Positions 26,794 through 36,869 of a DNA stretch of 64,000 nt are shown piece by piece. Source of the DNA: Phycisphaerales bacterium. Lineage in GTDB: Bacteria > Planctomycetota > Phycisphaerae > Phycisphaerales > SM1A02. The DNA is taken from positions 318,327 to 382,326 of the forward strand of contig JAXMAE010000004.1 of assembly GCA_046350495.1 (NCBI GenBank), in the 5' to 3' direction. A model generated the notes under the pieces. That model saw nothing but the letters and a program-made list of their open reading frames with translations. It made no database searches and was not told the DNA's origin. A program made the position numbers and the translations under genes. Within the stretch, counting starts at the first letter, position 1, and every line of letters begins with the position of its first letter.

Positions 26794-27852
26794 TCACGCG
26801 TTGTACGTGACCTTGCGCACCGCCTCGCAGATCTTCCGCGCGTTCGGGAGCATCTCCTGCTCCAGGTTCTGCGCGTACGGCGCCGGCACGTCGTCGGAGT
26901 GCACGCGGAGCACCGGATGATCGAGGTCGTCGAAACAGTGCTGCGACACCTGCGCGGCGACTTCCGAGCCCGGCGACGCGAACGACCACGACTGGTCGAC
27001 GACGACGCAGCAGTTGGTCTTGCGCACCGACGCGAACACGGTGTCCCAGTCCATCGGTCGGATCGTGCGCCCGTCGATGACCTCGCACGAGATGCCTTCC
27101 TTCGCCAAGGTCTCGGCGGCCTCCATGCAGAAGTGCACGGGGCGGCCCCACGAGACGATCGTCGCGTCGGTGCCTTCGCGACGGATCGCCGCCTTGCCGA
27201 AGGGAATGAAGTACTCCTCTTCGGGCACATCACCCTTCAGCGAGAGCAATCGCTCGCTCTCGAGGAAGAACACCGGATCGTCGTCGCGGATGGCGGTCTT
27301 CATCAGCCCCTTCGCGTCGTACGGATTCGAGGGGATCGCGATCTTCAGGCCGGGCACGTTCGAATACAGCGCTTCGACGCACCAGGAGTGCGTCGAGCCG
27401 AGCTGCCCGCCCGCGCCGTCGTTGCCGCGGAAGACGATCGGGCAACCGAACTGGCCGCCCGACATGTAGAGCATCTTCGGCGCGTTGTTGAGGATCGGGT
27501 CGGCCGCGACGAGCGAGAAGCTCCACGACATGAACTCGACGATCGGGCGCAGGCCCATCATCGCGGCGCCGATCGCGAGACCGGCAAAGCCCGACTCGGA
27601 GATCGGCGCGTCGATGATCCGGCGCGGTCCGAACTCGTCGAGCATGCCGCGCGAGACCTTGTACGCGCCGTTGTACTGCGCGACTTCCTCGCCGATGAGG
27701 AAGATGCGGATGTCTCGGCGCATCTCCTCGGTCATCGCTTCGCGCACGGCGTCGCGGAACTCGATCTGACGATTCTGCATGGGCAACTCGGGAAGCTGGA
27801 CTCGCTGGCGCGACGCTTTGGAAGTAGCGACGTTCGAGGCGGATTTGCTCAT
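26794..27852 (-). CDS. pdhB: pyruvate dehydrogenase E1 component, beta subunit
   Basis: Lies within ORF 26794..27963(-). The ATG at 27852 overlaps the pdhA stop (ATGA at 27849-27852). The segments ...IEFRDAVREAMTEEMRRDIRIFLIGEEVAQYNGAYKVSRGMLDEFGPRRIIDAPISE... are typical of E1-beta. Confidence 0.93.
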   Translation of the reverse strand: MSKSASNVATSKASRQRVQLPELPMQNRQIEFRDAVREAMTEEMRRDIRIFLIGEEVAQYNGAYKVSRGMLDEFGPRRIIDAPISESGFAGLAIGAAMMGLRPIVEFMSWSFSLVAADPILNNAPKMLYMSGGQFGCPIVFRGNDGAGGQLGSTHSWCVEALYSNVPGLKIAIPSNPYDAKGLMKTAIRDDDPVFFLESERLLSLKGDVPEEEYFIPFGKAAIRREGTDATIVSWGRPVHFCMEAAETLAKEGISCEVIDGRTIRPMDWDTVFASVRKTNCCVVVDQSWSFASPGSEVAAQVSQHCFDDLDHPVLRVHSDDVPAPYAQNLEQEMLPNARKICEAVRKVTYNA

Positions 27853-28964
27853 GGGTTGGTCAGCATCTCGGGCAGGCTCGTTCCGGTGTACGGTCCCCAC
27901 CGCTCCACGTACACGTCGTGATAGAGATCGTCGACGGTCGGCGCCGGGCTCCGGTCCGCCCACGCGACGGCGTCGCGAACCTCGACCTTCACCGCTTCAT
28001 GCACCGCCTCGATCTCTTCCGCCGAGGCGTATCCCTTGTCCTTGAGGAGCTTCTCGAGCTTGCCGAGCGGATCCTCGAGTTCGTACCGCTCTTCCTCCTC
28101 GCGCGTGCGGTACTTGCGCGGGTCGGACATCGAGTGCCCCTTGTAGCGGTACGTGCGCATGTCGACGAACGCGGGGCGGCTCGTCGCGCGGCAGCGATCG
28201 ATGAGGTCCTTCATCGCGCCGTACACGCTCACCACGTCCATGCCGTCGACTTCGACGCCTTCGATGCCGTAGCCGACAGCCTTCGAGATGAGCTTGTGGG
28301 CCATCGTGGTGCCGCGCTCGATCGCGGTGCCCATCGAGTAGCCGTTGTTCTCGACTACGTAGATGACCGGCAGGTCGTAGAGCCCCGCCAGGTTCATCGC
28401 CTCGTGGAACGCGCCTTGATTCAAGGCGCCGTCGCCGAGGAAGCAGAGCGTCACTCGGCTCGACTTGCCGCTGCCGTCCCCGACCTTCATGACCTCGTCT
28501 TCGTACTTCGTCGCGAACGCGAGCCCCGCCGCGAGCGGGCACTGCGCGCCGACGATGCCGTGGCCGCCGAAGAGGTTGTGGGCCTTGTCGAACATGTGCA
28601 TCGACCCGCCCTTGCCCTTCGCGCATCCGCCCACGCGGCCGAACATCTCGGCCATGCAGTGTTTCGGATGCATGCCGCGGGCCAGCGCGTGGCCGTGATC
28701 GCGGTATGCGGTGACGAGCGGGTCTTCCGGTCGCATGGCCGCGACGCAGCCGACCGCGACGGCCTCCTGTCCGATGTACACGTGGCAGAAGCCGCCGATC
28801 TTCTTGTCCTGGTACGCCTGCATGCAGCGGACCTCGAACTCGCGGATCAACGACATCTCGCGCAGCCAGTGTTTCAGCGTGGCGGCGGGGACATCGGGTC
28901 GCTTCCCCTTCGACGCGGGCACGAGGTGCGAAGCGGGATCGGACGCCAAGGACACGGTGGCCAT
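27849..28964 (-). CDS. pdhA: pyruvate dehydrogenase E1 component, alpha subunit
   Basis: ORF 27849..28964(-). It has ...IREFEVRCMQAYQDKKIGGFCHVYIGQEAV... and the TPP motif ...CFLGDGALNQGAFHEAMNLAGLYDLPVIYVVENNGYSMGT..., followed by YRYKGHSMSDP. Confidence 0.93.
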   Translation of the reverse strand: MATVSLASDPASHLVPASKGKRPDVPAATLKHWLREMSLIREFEVRCMQAYQDKKIGGFCHVYIGQEAVAVGCVAAMRPEDPLVTAYRDHGHALARGMHPKHCMAEMFGRVGGCAKGKGGSMHMFDKAHNLFGGHGIVGAQCPLAAGLAFATKYEDEVMKVGDGSGKSSRVTLCFLGDGALNQGAFHEAMNLAGLYDLPVIYVVENNGYSMGTAIERGTTMAHKLISKAVGYGIEGVEVDGMDVVSVYGAMKDLIDRCRATSRPAFVDMRTYRYKGHSMSDPRKYRTREEEERYELEDPLGKLEKLLKDKGYASAEEIEAVHEAVKVEVRDAVAWADRSPAPTVDDLYHDVYVERWGPYTGTSLPEMLTNP

Positions 28965-29233
28965 CGGGGAGAACGCCCGCGTTCAGCGGGTTCCGGAGGT
29001 AGGCGAGTCGGGCGACCAGCGCCCTAGGGCACAGACGTCCCGGTGCTCGACCGCAGCGCGCCGGGACCGTCGCGCAAGCCGCCCTTTATAGGGGAGAGGG
29101 CGGGTCAAGGGCAACCGTCGACGCGCGAACCGGTGCGTTGGTCCCGCCGAAGCCACGTGCGGCGAACGAGGGCTGAGGCGTTGTCCGTACAATCGGCCCC
29201 GCCGCCTGACCGCGCGATCCGTGGGCTCCTCCG

Positions 29234-30646
29234 ATGCGAAAGGACCGATTTCTCCGACGGACCGAGGCGCCCGGCGACCTGACCGAGGCGATCGCTGAGA
29301 CGCGCGCCACGCGAATCGTCGCGGGTGCGTTCGCCGTGGCCGGGCTCTCGCTCGTCGCGGCGTTCGTCGAGGCGGGCTTCGCCATCACGCTGCCGACGCT
29401 CGGGGGCAAGCTGGCCTTCGGCTTGGGCGCGCTCCTCACCGCGGCGATCGCCATCACCACCACCGCGCTCGGCCTGCGAGGCAACGTGCCGCCGCACGTG
29501 CGCGAGCGCACGACCGAGCGACTGGTCACGCTCGTTCTCGTGATCGGCATCGCGGCCGCGGCCGTGGCCCAGCTCGCGAGCGAAACTCCCTGCGCGTACG
29601 TCGCGTTCTGGCTTCCCTTCGGAGCGGGCTACGCGATCGCCGCCGCCGCGGTGATGCCGTGGACCGCGACGCAAGCGGGCATCGCGACGGGATCCGCGTT
29701 CGCGATCTGGATCATCGCGCTCTTCAGCGTGCCCAACACGCATCAGGATCTGTTCGCTCGCGTCGCCGAAGCGGTCGCCGCGCTCGTCGCGCTGGCGGTG
29801 CCGATCGGGCTGGGGCTCTGGAAGGAGCAGCGGTTCGCGGAGGAAGACCAGCGTGCGGCCCTCTCGCGCGAAGTCTCGCACGGCCGCGAGGAGCTCGGCC
29901 GCGCCCGCATCGTGCACGAGGCCATGTTCCGGCCGCCCATCGAGCAAGGTCCGGTCGAGGTCAACTACCGCTACTTCCCGCTCCGCGAGATCGGCGGCGA
30001 CTTCGTGCACATGATCCGGTGCCCGCGCACCGCACGAGTGACGACGACGGTCATCGACGTCTCGGGACACGGGCTCGCCGCGGCCCTCACGGTGAACCGG
30101 CTCTTCGGCGAGCTCGAGCGAGTCTCTGCCGAGGCCAAGGGCGACGTCACGCCGTCGCTCATCATGACGCAGCTCAACCGTTACATCCACCTCACGATGT
30201 CGGCGCACTCGATGTTCGCGACCGCAGCCTGCGTGCAAGTCGATCCGGATGCGCGGCTCGTACGCTGGGTCGTCGCAGGACATCCTCCGCCGCTCCTTCG
30301 ACACAAGAACGGAGCCGTCGAGCGGCTCGACTGCACCACCTTCGTGTTAGGCGCGGCGCCACCGGAACTCTTCGATCCGGAGGAGATGTCGAGACCGCTG
30401 AGCGTCGGCGACACCGTGATCGTGTACACCGACGGAGCGTTCGAGGCCCGCAATCCCAACGGCGAGCAGTTCGGTCTCAAGCGGCTCGAGGAGTCGGTCG
30501 CGTTCGACCCGCCGCCGCGCGACTTCCCGACGTTCCTCGCCAATCTCGTCGCGAGGCATCACGAAGGCAAGCCCGACGACGACTTGCTCGTCGCCCAAGT
30601 CACGTTCAAGGGCGGCGTGCGCACGGTGGTCGCGGGCGCGGCCTGA
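29234..30646 (+). CDS. membrane-bound PP2C-family (SpoIIE/RsbU-type) serine phosphatase
   Basis: ORF 29234..30646(+). The N-terminal half has about 6 hydrophobic segments. The C-terminal half has ...REIGGDFVHM...VIDVSGHGLAAAL...TVIVYTDGAFEARN...DDDLLVAQV, which are SpoIIE/PP2C motifs. Confidence 0.85.
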   Translation: MRKDRFLRRTEAPGDLTEAIAETRATRIVAGAFAVAGLSLVAAFVEAGFAITLPTLGGKLAFGLGALLTAAIAITTTALGLRGNVPPHVRERTTERLVTLVLVIGIAAAAVAQLASETPCAYVAFWLPFGAGYAIAAAAVMPWTATQAGIATGSAFAIWIIALFSVPNTHQDLFARVAEAVAALVALAVPIGLGLWKEQRFAEEDQRAALSREVSHGREELGRARIVHEAMFRPPIEQGPVEVNYRYFPLREIGGDFVHMIRCPRTARVTTTVIDVSGHGLAAALTVNRLFGELERVSAEAKGDVTPSLIMTQLNRYIHLTMSAHSMFATAACVQVDPDARLVRWVVAGHPPPLLRHKNGAVERLDCTTFVLGAAPPELFDPEEMSRPLSVGDTVIVYTDGAFEARNPNGEQFGLKRLEESVAFDPPPRDFPTFLANLVARHHEGKPDDDLLVAQVTFKGGVRTVVAGAA

Positions 30647-31131
30647 GGGCGCACGGCAGACATCGACGCCCCAGCGCGACCGCGCACTTCGATTGACACG
30701 ATGCGGAGGACGGCAGACACGCCGGCGCTCGCGAGTCGCAGTTCCCCGAGGGCGTCGTCAACATCGCTTCGATCGCGAGGTCGTCGCCGGTGGAAACGAC
30801 GAAACGAGACCTGAAGGTCCCAAGTCCGAGACGTTCGGATCGCTGAGCGCGAAGCGAGGACCGTCGACCGCCACACGCTGGCCGACCTGCATCTGCGAGC
30901 CGCCCACAGATGGCGACGTGAACGATCGCGCCGATCCAATGGTCGTGTCGGTGACGGGAAACGGATCCGCGCAGCGTTTACCGGTCGCCACACCCGAACA
31001 CGGCTACGATCCCCATCGGCGCTGGACTTTGGCAGAGTCCCCACCATGTTCGTCCACGTGGATGCAGCGACGACGCGTTCACGCGGACGCGTCGGACCGA
31101 TCTCCGCGTTGACGCCGTCGGGTGGTCCACC

Positions 31132-32229
31132 ATGCGTCTCCTCCTCAAGGAGATTCGCCACAACCCTCTGCTCTGGCTGCTCGCGTTCGTGCCCGTGGTG
31201 CTCGTCGCCGAGAAGCTCAAGCCCGAGGCGCACACGCTGCTCTTCGTGCTCTCCGTCTTGGCGATCGTGCCGTTGGCGGCACTCCTGAGTCACGCCACCG
31301 AGTCCGTTGCCGCCAAGACAGGCGATGCGGTTGGCGGCTTGCTCAACGCCACACTCGGCAACCTCACGGAATTGGTCATCGCGCTCGCCGCGTTGCGCGC
31401 CGGTGAGTACATGCTGGTGAAGGCGTCGATCGCCGGCGCCATCGTCACCAACGCGCTCTTCTTGTTGGGGGCGTCGCTCCTTCTTGGCGGACTGAAGTAC
31501 CACGTGCAGGAGTACAACCGGGTGAGCGCCCGCGTGCAGGCGGGTCTGCTCTTCCTCGCGTCGGTCGCGCTCTTGGTTCCCTCGGCGGTCGCAGAGGCGG
31601 ACTCCGCGGCGATGGCCGGCGTCACGCAGAAGCTGAGCCTGGGCCTCGCTGTGCTGCTCATCGTCGCCTACGGACTGGGCATGCTGTTCTCGCTCAAGAC
31701 GCACCGCGAGTTGTTCAAGAGCGCTGAACACGCGGAGACCGAGGAAGAAGCACCGTGGCCCATCGGCGTGGCCTTGGTCACGCTCGCCGGCGTCACGGTC
31801 TTGGTGGCGCTCGTCAGCGAAGTGTTCGTCGCGTCGGTGCAGAAGGCGGCGGAGGACTTCGGAATGTCGCCCGCGTTCGTCGGGTTCATCGTGGTCGCGC
31901 TTGTCGGCGGCGCGGCGGAGATGGCGTCGGCGTTCTCAGGCGCCCGGAAGAACCGGCTGGACCTGAGCGTGGGCATCGCGCTCGGCAGCGCGTCGCAGAT
32001 CGCGCTCTTCGTCGCGCCGGTGCTCGTCCTGGCGAGCTACGTCATCGGGCCAGCGCCGATGAGCCTGCAATTCTGGCCCGGCGCGGTGGTGATGATCCTC
32101 ATCGCCACGCTCACCGCGTGTCTCGTCACCAACAGCGGGCGATCGACGTGGTTCGTCGGCGCGCTGGTATTGATGGTCTATGCAATCTTCGCCATGACGC
32201 TGTACGTGCTGCCACCCCAAGCGCACTGA
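31132..32229 (+). CDS. Ca2+/H+ antiporter (CaCA family, CAX/ChaA-type)
   Basis: ORF 31132..32229(+). The alpha-repeat motifs GNATEL-like are present twice: ...GLLNATLGNLTELVIALAALRAG... and ...VGGAAEMASAFSGARKNRLDLSVGIALGSASQIALF.... Confidence 0.88.
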   Translation: MRLLLKEIRHNPLLWLLAFVPVVLVAEKLKPEAHTLLFVLSVLAIVPLAALLSHATESVAAKTGDAVGGLLNATLGNLTELVIALAALRAGEYMLVKASIAGAIVTNALFLLGASLLLGGLKYHVQEYNRVSARVQAGLLFLASVALLVPSAVAEADSAAMAGVTQKLSLGLAVLLIVAYGLGMLFSLKTHRELFKSAEHAETEEEAPWPIGVALVTLAGVTVLVALVSEVFVASVQKAAEDFGMSPAFVGFIVVALVGGAAEMASAFSGARKNRLDLSVGIALGSASQIALFVAPVLVLASYVIGPAPMSLQFWPGAVVMILIATLTACLVTNSGRSTWFVGALVLMVYAIFAMTLYVLPPQAH

Positions 32230-32261
32230 GGTCCATCGCCTTCCACTCGGGAGTCACACGC

Positions 32262-33953
32262 ATGAACCAATCTGCGAGTACGGCGAACGCGAGCGACACG
32301 GGCGGGCCGGCGCTGCGCTTCGACATCGTGGCCGGCCTGACCGCCTCGGCAGTCGTCCTCCCCAAGGCCATGGCGTATGCGACGGTCGCTGGCCTGCCGG
32401 TCGAGGTCGGTCTGTACACCGCATTCGTGCCGATGGTGATCTATGCGCTGCTCGGCACGTCGCGCGTCCTGAGTTTCAGTTCGACGACGACGTTGGCCAT
32501 CCTGACCGGCACACAGCTTGGGCTCGCGGTGCCCGATGGCGATCCGACCAAGCTCCTCGCCGCGACGGCGACGCTGACGGCGCTGGTCGGCGCGCTCCTC
32601 ATCCTGGCCCGCCTCGCCCGGCTCGGCTTTGCGGCGAACTTCATTTCGCTCCCGGTCCTCACCGGCTTCAAGGCGGGGATCGGACTCGTGATCGTGTTCG
32701 ACCAATTGCCCAAGCTGCTTGGCATTCACATCGCGAAGCAAGGGTTCTTCCTCGACATCGCCAGCATCGTGCATCACTTGCCCGAGGCTTCGATGATCAC
32801 CTGCGGCGTCGCCGCGGCGACGCTCGTCGTCCTGATCGGCCTCGAGCGACTGTGGCCGCACTCACCCGCGCCGCTCGTCGCGATCGCCGCCGCCATCGCG
32901 GCGGCGTGGTTCTTCGGCCTCGAAGGCCGCGGAGTCTCGCTCGTCGGCAAGATCCCGAGAGGATTCCCCTCGCTCACGCTGCCGGATCTGGGACTCATCG
33001 TCGACCTGATTCCCGGAGCGCTCGGCATTGCCCTCATGAGCTTCACCGAGTCCATCGCCGCCGGTCGCGCGTTCGCCCGCCCCGGCGATCCTCCGATCTC
33101 CGCGAACCGCGAGTTGATCGCAAGCGGCGCAGCCAATCTCGGCGGCGCCTTCCTCGGGGCCATGCCGTCGGGCGGCGGGACGTCGCAGACCGCTGTGGTG
33201 CGATCCACCGGCGGCCGCACGCAGAAGGCGTCGCTCGTCACGGCCGGCGTGGCCGTGGCGACCATGCTCTTGCTCGCGCCGATCCTCGGGCTTCTGCCGA
33301 ACGCCACGCTCGCCGCCGTGGTCATCGTCTACTCGATCGGACTCATCCAGCCCGTCGAGTTCCTGGCGATTCGCCGGGTGCGCACGATGGAGTTCCGCTG
33401 GGCGCTGATCGCGTGCGCCGGCGTGCTGGTGTTCGGCACGCTCAAGGGCATCGTCGTCGCGATCATCGTGTCAGTGATCGCGCTCGCAAGCCAGACCGCG
33501 CGACCGAAGGTGTATGTGATCGGGCGCAAGCGCGGCGCCGATGTGCTTCGGCCGCTGTCACCGGAACATCCCGACGACGAGACCTTCGAAGGACTGCTGA
33601 TCCTGCGGCCCGAGGGGCGATTCTTCTTCCTGAACGCAACCGACGTCGCCGATCAGATCGCCGCCCTGATCGCCCAGTACAAGCCGCGCGTCGTCGCGCT
33701 CGACATGAGTCGCGTGCCTGACCTCGAATACTCGGCGCTGCAAGCGTTGATCGAACACGAGAGAGAGGAGCGGGAACACCGCCCGACGCTCTGGCTGGTT
33801 GGATTGAACCCGGGTGTCCTCGAGGTCATCCGCCGGTCGGGCCTGGCCGATCGACTCGGACGCGAGCGCATGCTCTTCAACGCGCGTGCGGCGATCGAGC
33901 GCTATCAGGCGATGCAGCCGGCAACTGGCGAAGCGCCGACGCCCGCGGCCTGA
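32262..33953 (+). CDS. SulP-family anion permease with a C-terminal STAS domain
   Basis: Lies within ORF 31755..33953(+). The ATG at 32262 follows GGGAG. The N-terminus is ...DIVAGLTASAVVLPKAMAYATVAGLPVEVGLYTAFVPMVIYALLGTSR.... The STAS-like tail is ...LLILRPEGRFFFLNATDVADQI...VALDMSRVPDLEYSALQAL. Confidence 0.9.
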   Translation: MNQSASTANASDTGGPALRFDIVAGLTASAVVLPKAMAYATVAGLPVEVGLYTAFVPMVIYALLGTSRVLSFSSTTTLAILTGTQLGLAVPDGDPTKLLAATATLTALVGALLILARLARLGFAANFISLPVLTGFKAGIGLVIVFDQLPKLLGIHIAKQGFFLDIASIVHHLPEASMITCGVAAATLVVLIGLERLWPHSPAPLVAIAAAIAAAWFFGLEGRGVSLVGKIPRGFPSLTLPDLGLIVDLIPGALGIALMSFTESIAAGRAFARPGDPPISANRELIASGAANLGGAFLGAMPSGGGTSQTAVVRSTGGRTQKASLVTAGVAVATMLLLAPILGLLPNATLAAVVIVYSIGLIQPVEFLAIRRVRTMEFRWALIACAGVLVFGTLKGIVVAIIVSVIALASQTARPKVYVIGRKRGADVLRPLSPEHPDDETFEGLLILRPEGRFFFLNATDVADQIAALIAQYKPRVVALDMSRVPDLEYSALQALIEHEREEREHRPTLWLVGLNPGVLEVIRRSGLADRLGRERMLFNARAAIERYQAMQPATGEAPTPAA

Positions 33954-33996
33954 CCGCGCGATCGTCCGCGCGGTACCGCCGGCGGACTTGACGAAG

Positions 33997-34028
33997 AAGG
34001 GCGCAAGCGGTTCGCCGCTCGCGCCCTT
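33997..34028. terminator. GC-rich hairpin with a UUCG loop between convergent genes (bidirectional terminator candidate)
   Basis: aagggcgcaagcgg-ttcg-ccgctcgcgccctt forms a 14-bp stem with one mismatch. It lies between the SulP stop (33953) and the protease stop (34058). Confidence 0.6.
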
Positions 34029-34057
34029 GGGTTGGGTCTCGCACCGAGTCGTCGTGA

Positions 34058-36526
34058 TCAGCGGCTCGCGGCCGCAACCGCCGCGGCGTCCACGTCCTTC
34101 AACACGCGGGCCTGGAGGATCAGGAGCGCCGTCTCCAACTGCGGATCGAGGTTCTTCGCCAGAAGATCCTTCGGATCCGGGCGCGGCTTGCGCTCGGCCT
34201 CGTCCTTCCACTCCTCGATGATGTCCGCGTTCTGCCGCAGCTCGACGGTCTTCTCGATCTGCGCCGGTGTCATCTTCACGACGAGATCCGGATTGACGCC
34301 CCAGTCGGTCGAGCCCGGGCGCTTGTGTACGCAACGCCCGTGCTTCTCGCCGGGGAGCGCCGGCAGGATGTAGTACTGCGTGGTGAGCTTGATGCCCGCG
34401 TTCGCGGTGCGGTCCGAGATGTCGTGCACGGTCTGCACGCTGCCCTTGCCGAAGCTGCGCTCGCCGAGGACGACCGCGGCGTCGTGCGCCTGCAGCGCGC
34501 CGGAGACGATCTCGCTCGCGCTCGCGGAGCCCTGATTGACGAGGACGACGAGCGGAAGTCCGGCGAGGTCCGCCTTGTTCGGCTGCGCTTCGATACTCCA
34601 GACTTGCTGCCCGTCACGGTTCTCACCGCTGACGATTTCGCCCGACGGCACGAAGGCGTTGGTGAACTCGACCGCAGACTTCAGCAGGCCACCCGGGTTG
34701 TGGCGCAGGTCGAGCACGAGACCATTGAGCGGGTGTTCCGACCTCATCTGGTCGATGGCCGCGCGGAAGTCGGCGAACGAGTCCTCGTTGAACGAGGTCA
34801 AGCGGATGTAGCCGATGCCCGAGTTGCGGTCGATCCAGTAGTCCCACTGCGGAGCGCCGTTGGCGTCGAGTCCCTTCTTCCACCAGCCGTTGACCGAGCG
34901 GATCTTGATTCGATCGCGCACGAGGGTCACGTCGAACGGCAGTTCCTTGCCGGGACGGCGCACGCTCAGCGTGACCGGCTGTCCCGGCGGGCCGGTGATC
35001 TCGTCGACCGCCTTGTTGAGGCTCCATCCCGTCGTGGCCGCGCCGTTCACGCCGACGATGTGGTCGTCGGCCTTGATGCCGCCGCGGGCCGCGGGCGAGC
35101 CTTCGAGCGGATTCACCACGATGATGTCGCGCTTGTCGTCGTGGCGAATGAGGATGCCGACGCCGACGAAGTCGCCGTTCACCTGCTGCTCGAAACGACG
35201 AAGCCGCTCGGGCCAGATGATCTCCGAGTACTGATCCTCGAACTTGCCCGCGAGCTCGTCGAGCGCGCCGTCGCCAAACTCGTGCAACAGCACGTTGTCG
35301 GGCAGTTCGATCGTCTTCTGGTTGGTCTCGAGGAGGTCGCGCAGGATGTCGCGATAGTCCGCAGCCTCGAGCTTGTCCGCGGGCACTTCCGCGAGCTTCG
35401 CGCGGCCGCGTTCGACGGCCGCGAGGAACTGCTTCACCTTCGCTTCATCCTTGAGTCCGGGGAACGTCTCACTCAGCGCGTCGGTGGTGGCGAAGAGCGC
35501 GAGCGCGTCGAGTCCGCCGCGAATGAGCGGCTGCCATCCGCGAGCGCTGATGTGCTCGTTCGCCGCGGTCTTGAGCGCGGTCGAGAGCATCGGCGTCGTA
35601 ATGCCGCGGACCTGGTCTTTCCAATCGTCGGAGAACGCCGGGTTCCACTCAGGGAACTGGATCTTCGAATCGGCGTCCTTGGCGTCGGTCCCCTTCGCGT
35701 CGGACGGCTTTGGGTTGACCGTGCTCGGGTCGGGCGCAGCCCCGTCGGCGGCACCGGATTCGTTCGCCTTCGCCGTCGGCCCGAGACGTTCGAGTGCCTT
35801 CTTGCGGAGTTCATAGAGCTGCTTCGGCGCGTACTGCGCCATCAGCCCGATGCGGCGATTCACCTTTTCGAGGGCCTCGTCGTAGCGCTTGAAGGTCGTG
35901 CGATCGCCGGAGTCCTCGAACAGCGTGCGGAGCCGGAACAGAAGTTCCTGCGACAGAAGCCAGTCGCCCGCCGCCTGCGCCGACTCGTCGGCGGTCCCCG
36001 CCTTGGCGATGACCGCCTTCATGTCGTCGCGCTCAAGCGCCTTCTTCCAGTCGTCGGAGAGCGTCTGCAGCTTGACCGCCGACGTCAGCGCCTTCGGGAT
36101 GTCCGACTTGGCGAGGTTGTCGTCCAGTTCCTTGGCCGCCGCCTCGACGTCGTGCCCGCGCGTCGTCTCCGACTCTTCGGCGTGACGGAATCGCTCCGCC
36201 ACGAGTCCGCGCAACCGTTCGACGTCTGCGGTCGCCTTGCTGTCGGGGACGCTCTTCAGCGTCTCTTCGACCTGCTTGAGATCGCCGTCCTTCGCGGCCT
36301 TCCACACCCGATCCGACCATTCGGCGACCGACGACGATCCGCGGAACGCCGTCTGGGCTCCCTTCGTCCCCGCGGCACCGCCCGTCGTGGCGTGCGGCGG
36401 TGTCTGCTGCGGCGCCGCCGAGGTCGACGGCACGGGCCAACTGAGCGCGAGGAAACAAAGGACGCTCGTCGGAACGGCAACGGTCAGGACCCGACGGAGC
36501 ATGCGCGAATCAGAGCGGTTGGGCAT
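34058..36526 (-). CDS. S41-family C-terminal processing (tail-specific) protease, long form with a PDZ domain
   Basis: Lies within ORF 34058..36604(-). The start is the ATG at 36526, with an alternative at 36502. It has a signal-like region. The PDZ segment is ...GVGILIRHDDKRDIIVVNPLEGSPAARGGIKADDHIVGVNG.... The catalytic region is ...LVVLVNQGSASASEIVSGALQAHDAAVVLGERSFGKGSVQ. Confidence 0.88.
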   Translation of the reverse strand: MPNRSDSRMLRRVLTVAVPTSVLCFLALSWPVPSTSAAPQQTPPHATTGGAAGTKGAQTAFRGSSSVAEWSDRVWKAAKDGDLKQVEETLKSVPDSKATADVERLRGLVAERFRHAEESETTRGHDVEAAAKELDDNLAKSDIPKALTSAVKLQTLSDDWKKALERDDMKAVIAKAGTADESAQAAGDWLLSQELLFRLRTLFEDSGDRTTFKRYDEALEKVNRRIGLMAQYAPKQLYELRKKALERLGPTAKANESGAADGAAPDPSTVNPKPSDAKGTDAKDADSKIQFPEWNPAFSDDWKDQVRGITTPMLSTALKTAANEHISARGWQPLIRGGLDALALFATTDALSETFPGLKDEAKVKQFLAAVERGRAKLAEVPADKLEAADYRDILRDLLETNQKTIELPDNVLLHEFGDGALDELAGKFEDQYSEIIWPERLRRFEQQVNGDFVGVGILIRHDDKRDIIVVNPLEGSPAARGGIKADDHIVGVNGAATTGWSLNKAVDEITGPPGQPVTLSVRRPGKELPFDVTLVRDRIKIRSVNGWWKKGLDANGAPQWDYWIDRNSGIGYIRLTSFNEDSFADFRAAIDQMRSEHPLNGLVLDLRHNPGGLLKSAVEFTNAFVPSGEIVSGENRDGQQVWSIEAQPNKADLAGLPLVVLVNQGSASASEIVSGALQAHDAAVVLGERSFGKGSVQTVHDISDRTANAGIKLTTQYYILPALPGEKHGRCVHKRPGSTDWGVNPDLVVKMTPAQIEKTVELRQNADIIEEWKDEAERKPRPDPKDLLAKNLDPQLETALLILQARVLKDVDAAAVAAASR

Positions 36527-36869
36527 GTGGTGCCTTGCGTAGAGCGAATGTGAGGCCGCGAATGGGTCGGTCGTCGGCGGTCCATCGCGACCGAGCGACG
36601 ACAACGACGAATGCTGTCTTGGGAGGCGGAGCGAACGGGAGATGACGCGATCAATTTCGACCGGATCGGCGATTCGACGCCTGCGGTTTATTCTCCTCGG
36701 AGGACTGGCTCGATGAAGCCGGGTCGAGGTGACCGTTCCGGGTTCTTATACTCGGCTCGCGCCGCTCCGTTTCGATGGATCGACGGGTCTGTTCCGGCCG
36801 CTCCGGTCGTCCGCGGACGGCGGCCGACCGGACTCGGTTGGCTTCCATCGACCGGGCCTCAATCCCCGC

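Noticed and set aside
29180-29195. A TACAAT hexamer as a possible -10 box for the PP2C gene.
   Set aside because: No acceptable -35 element lies at 16-18 nt spacing. A single hexamer match is not informative.
29165-29233. CTGAG ... CCTGA strings reminiscent of a TPP riboswitch core upstream of the PP2C gene and opposite the pdhA leader.
   Set aside because: The spacing and flanking helices do not fit the riboswitch consensus. The downstream gene is unrelated to thiamine.
30758-30991. A 77-aa minus-strand ORF in the long gap upstream of the antiporter.
   Set aside because: It has no SD, no recognisable family and no supporting context. It is kept only as a note within the gap finding.
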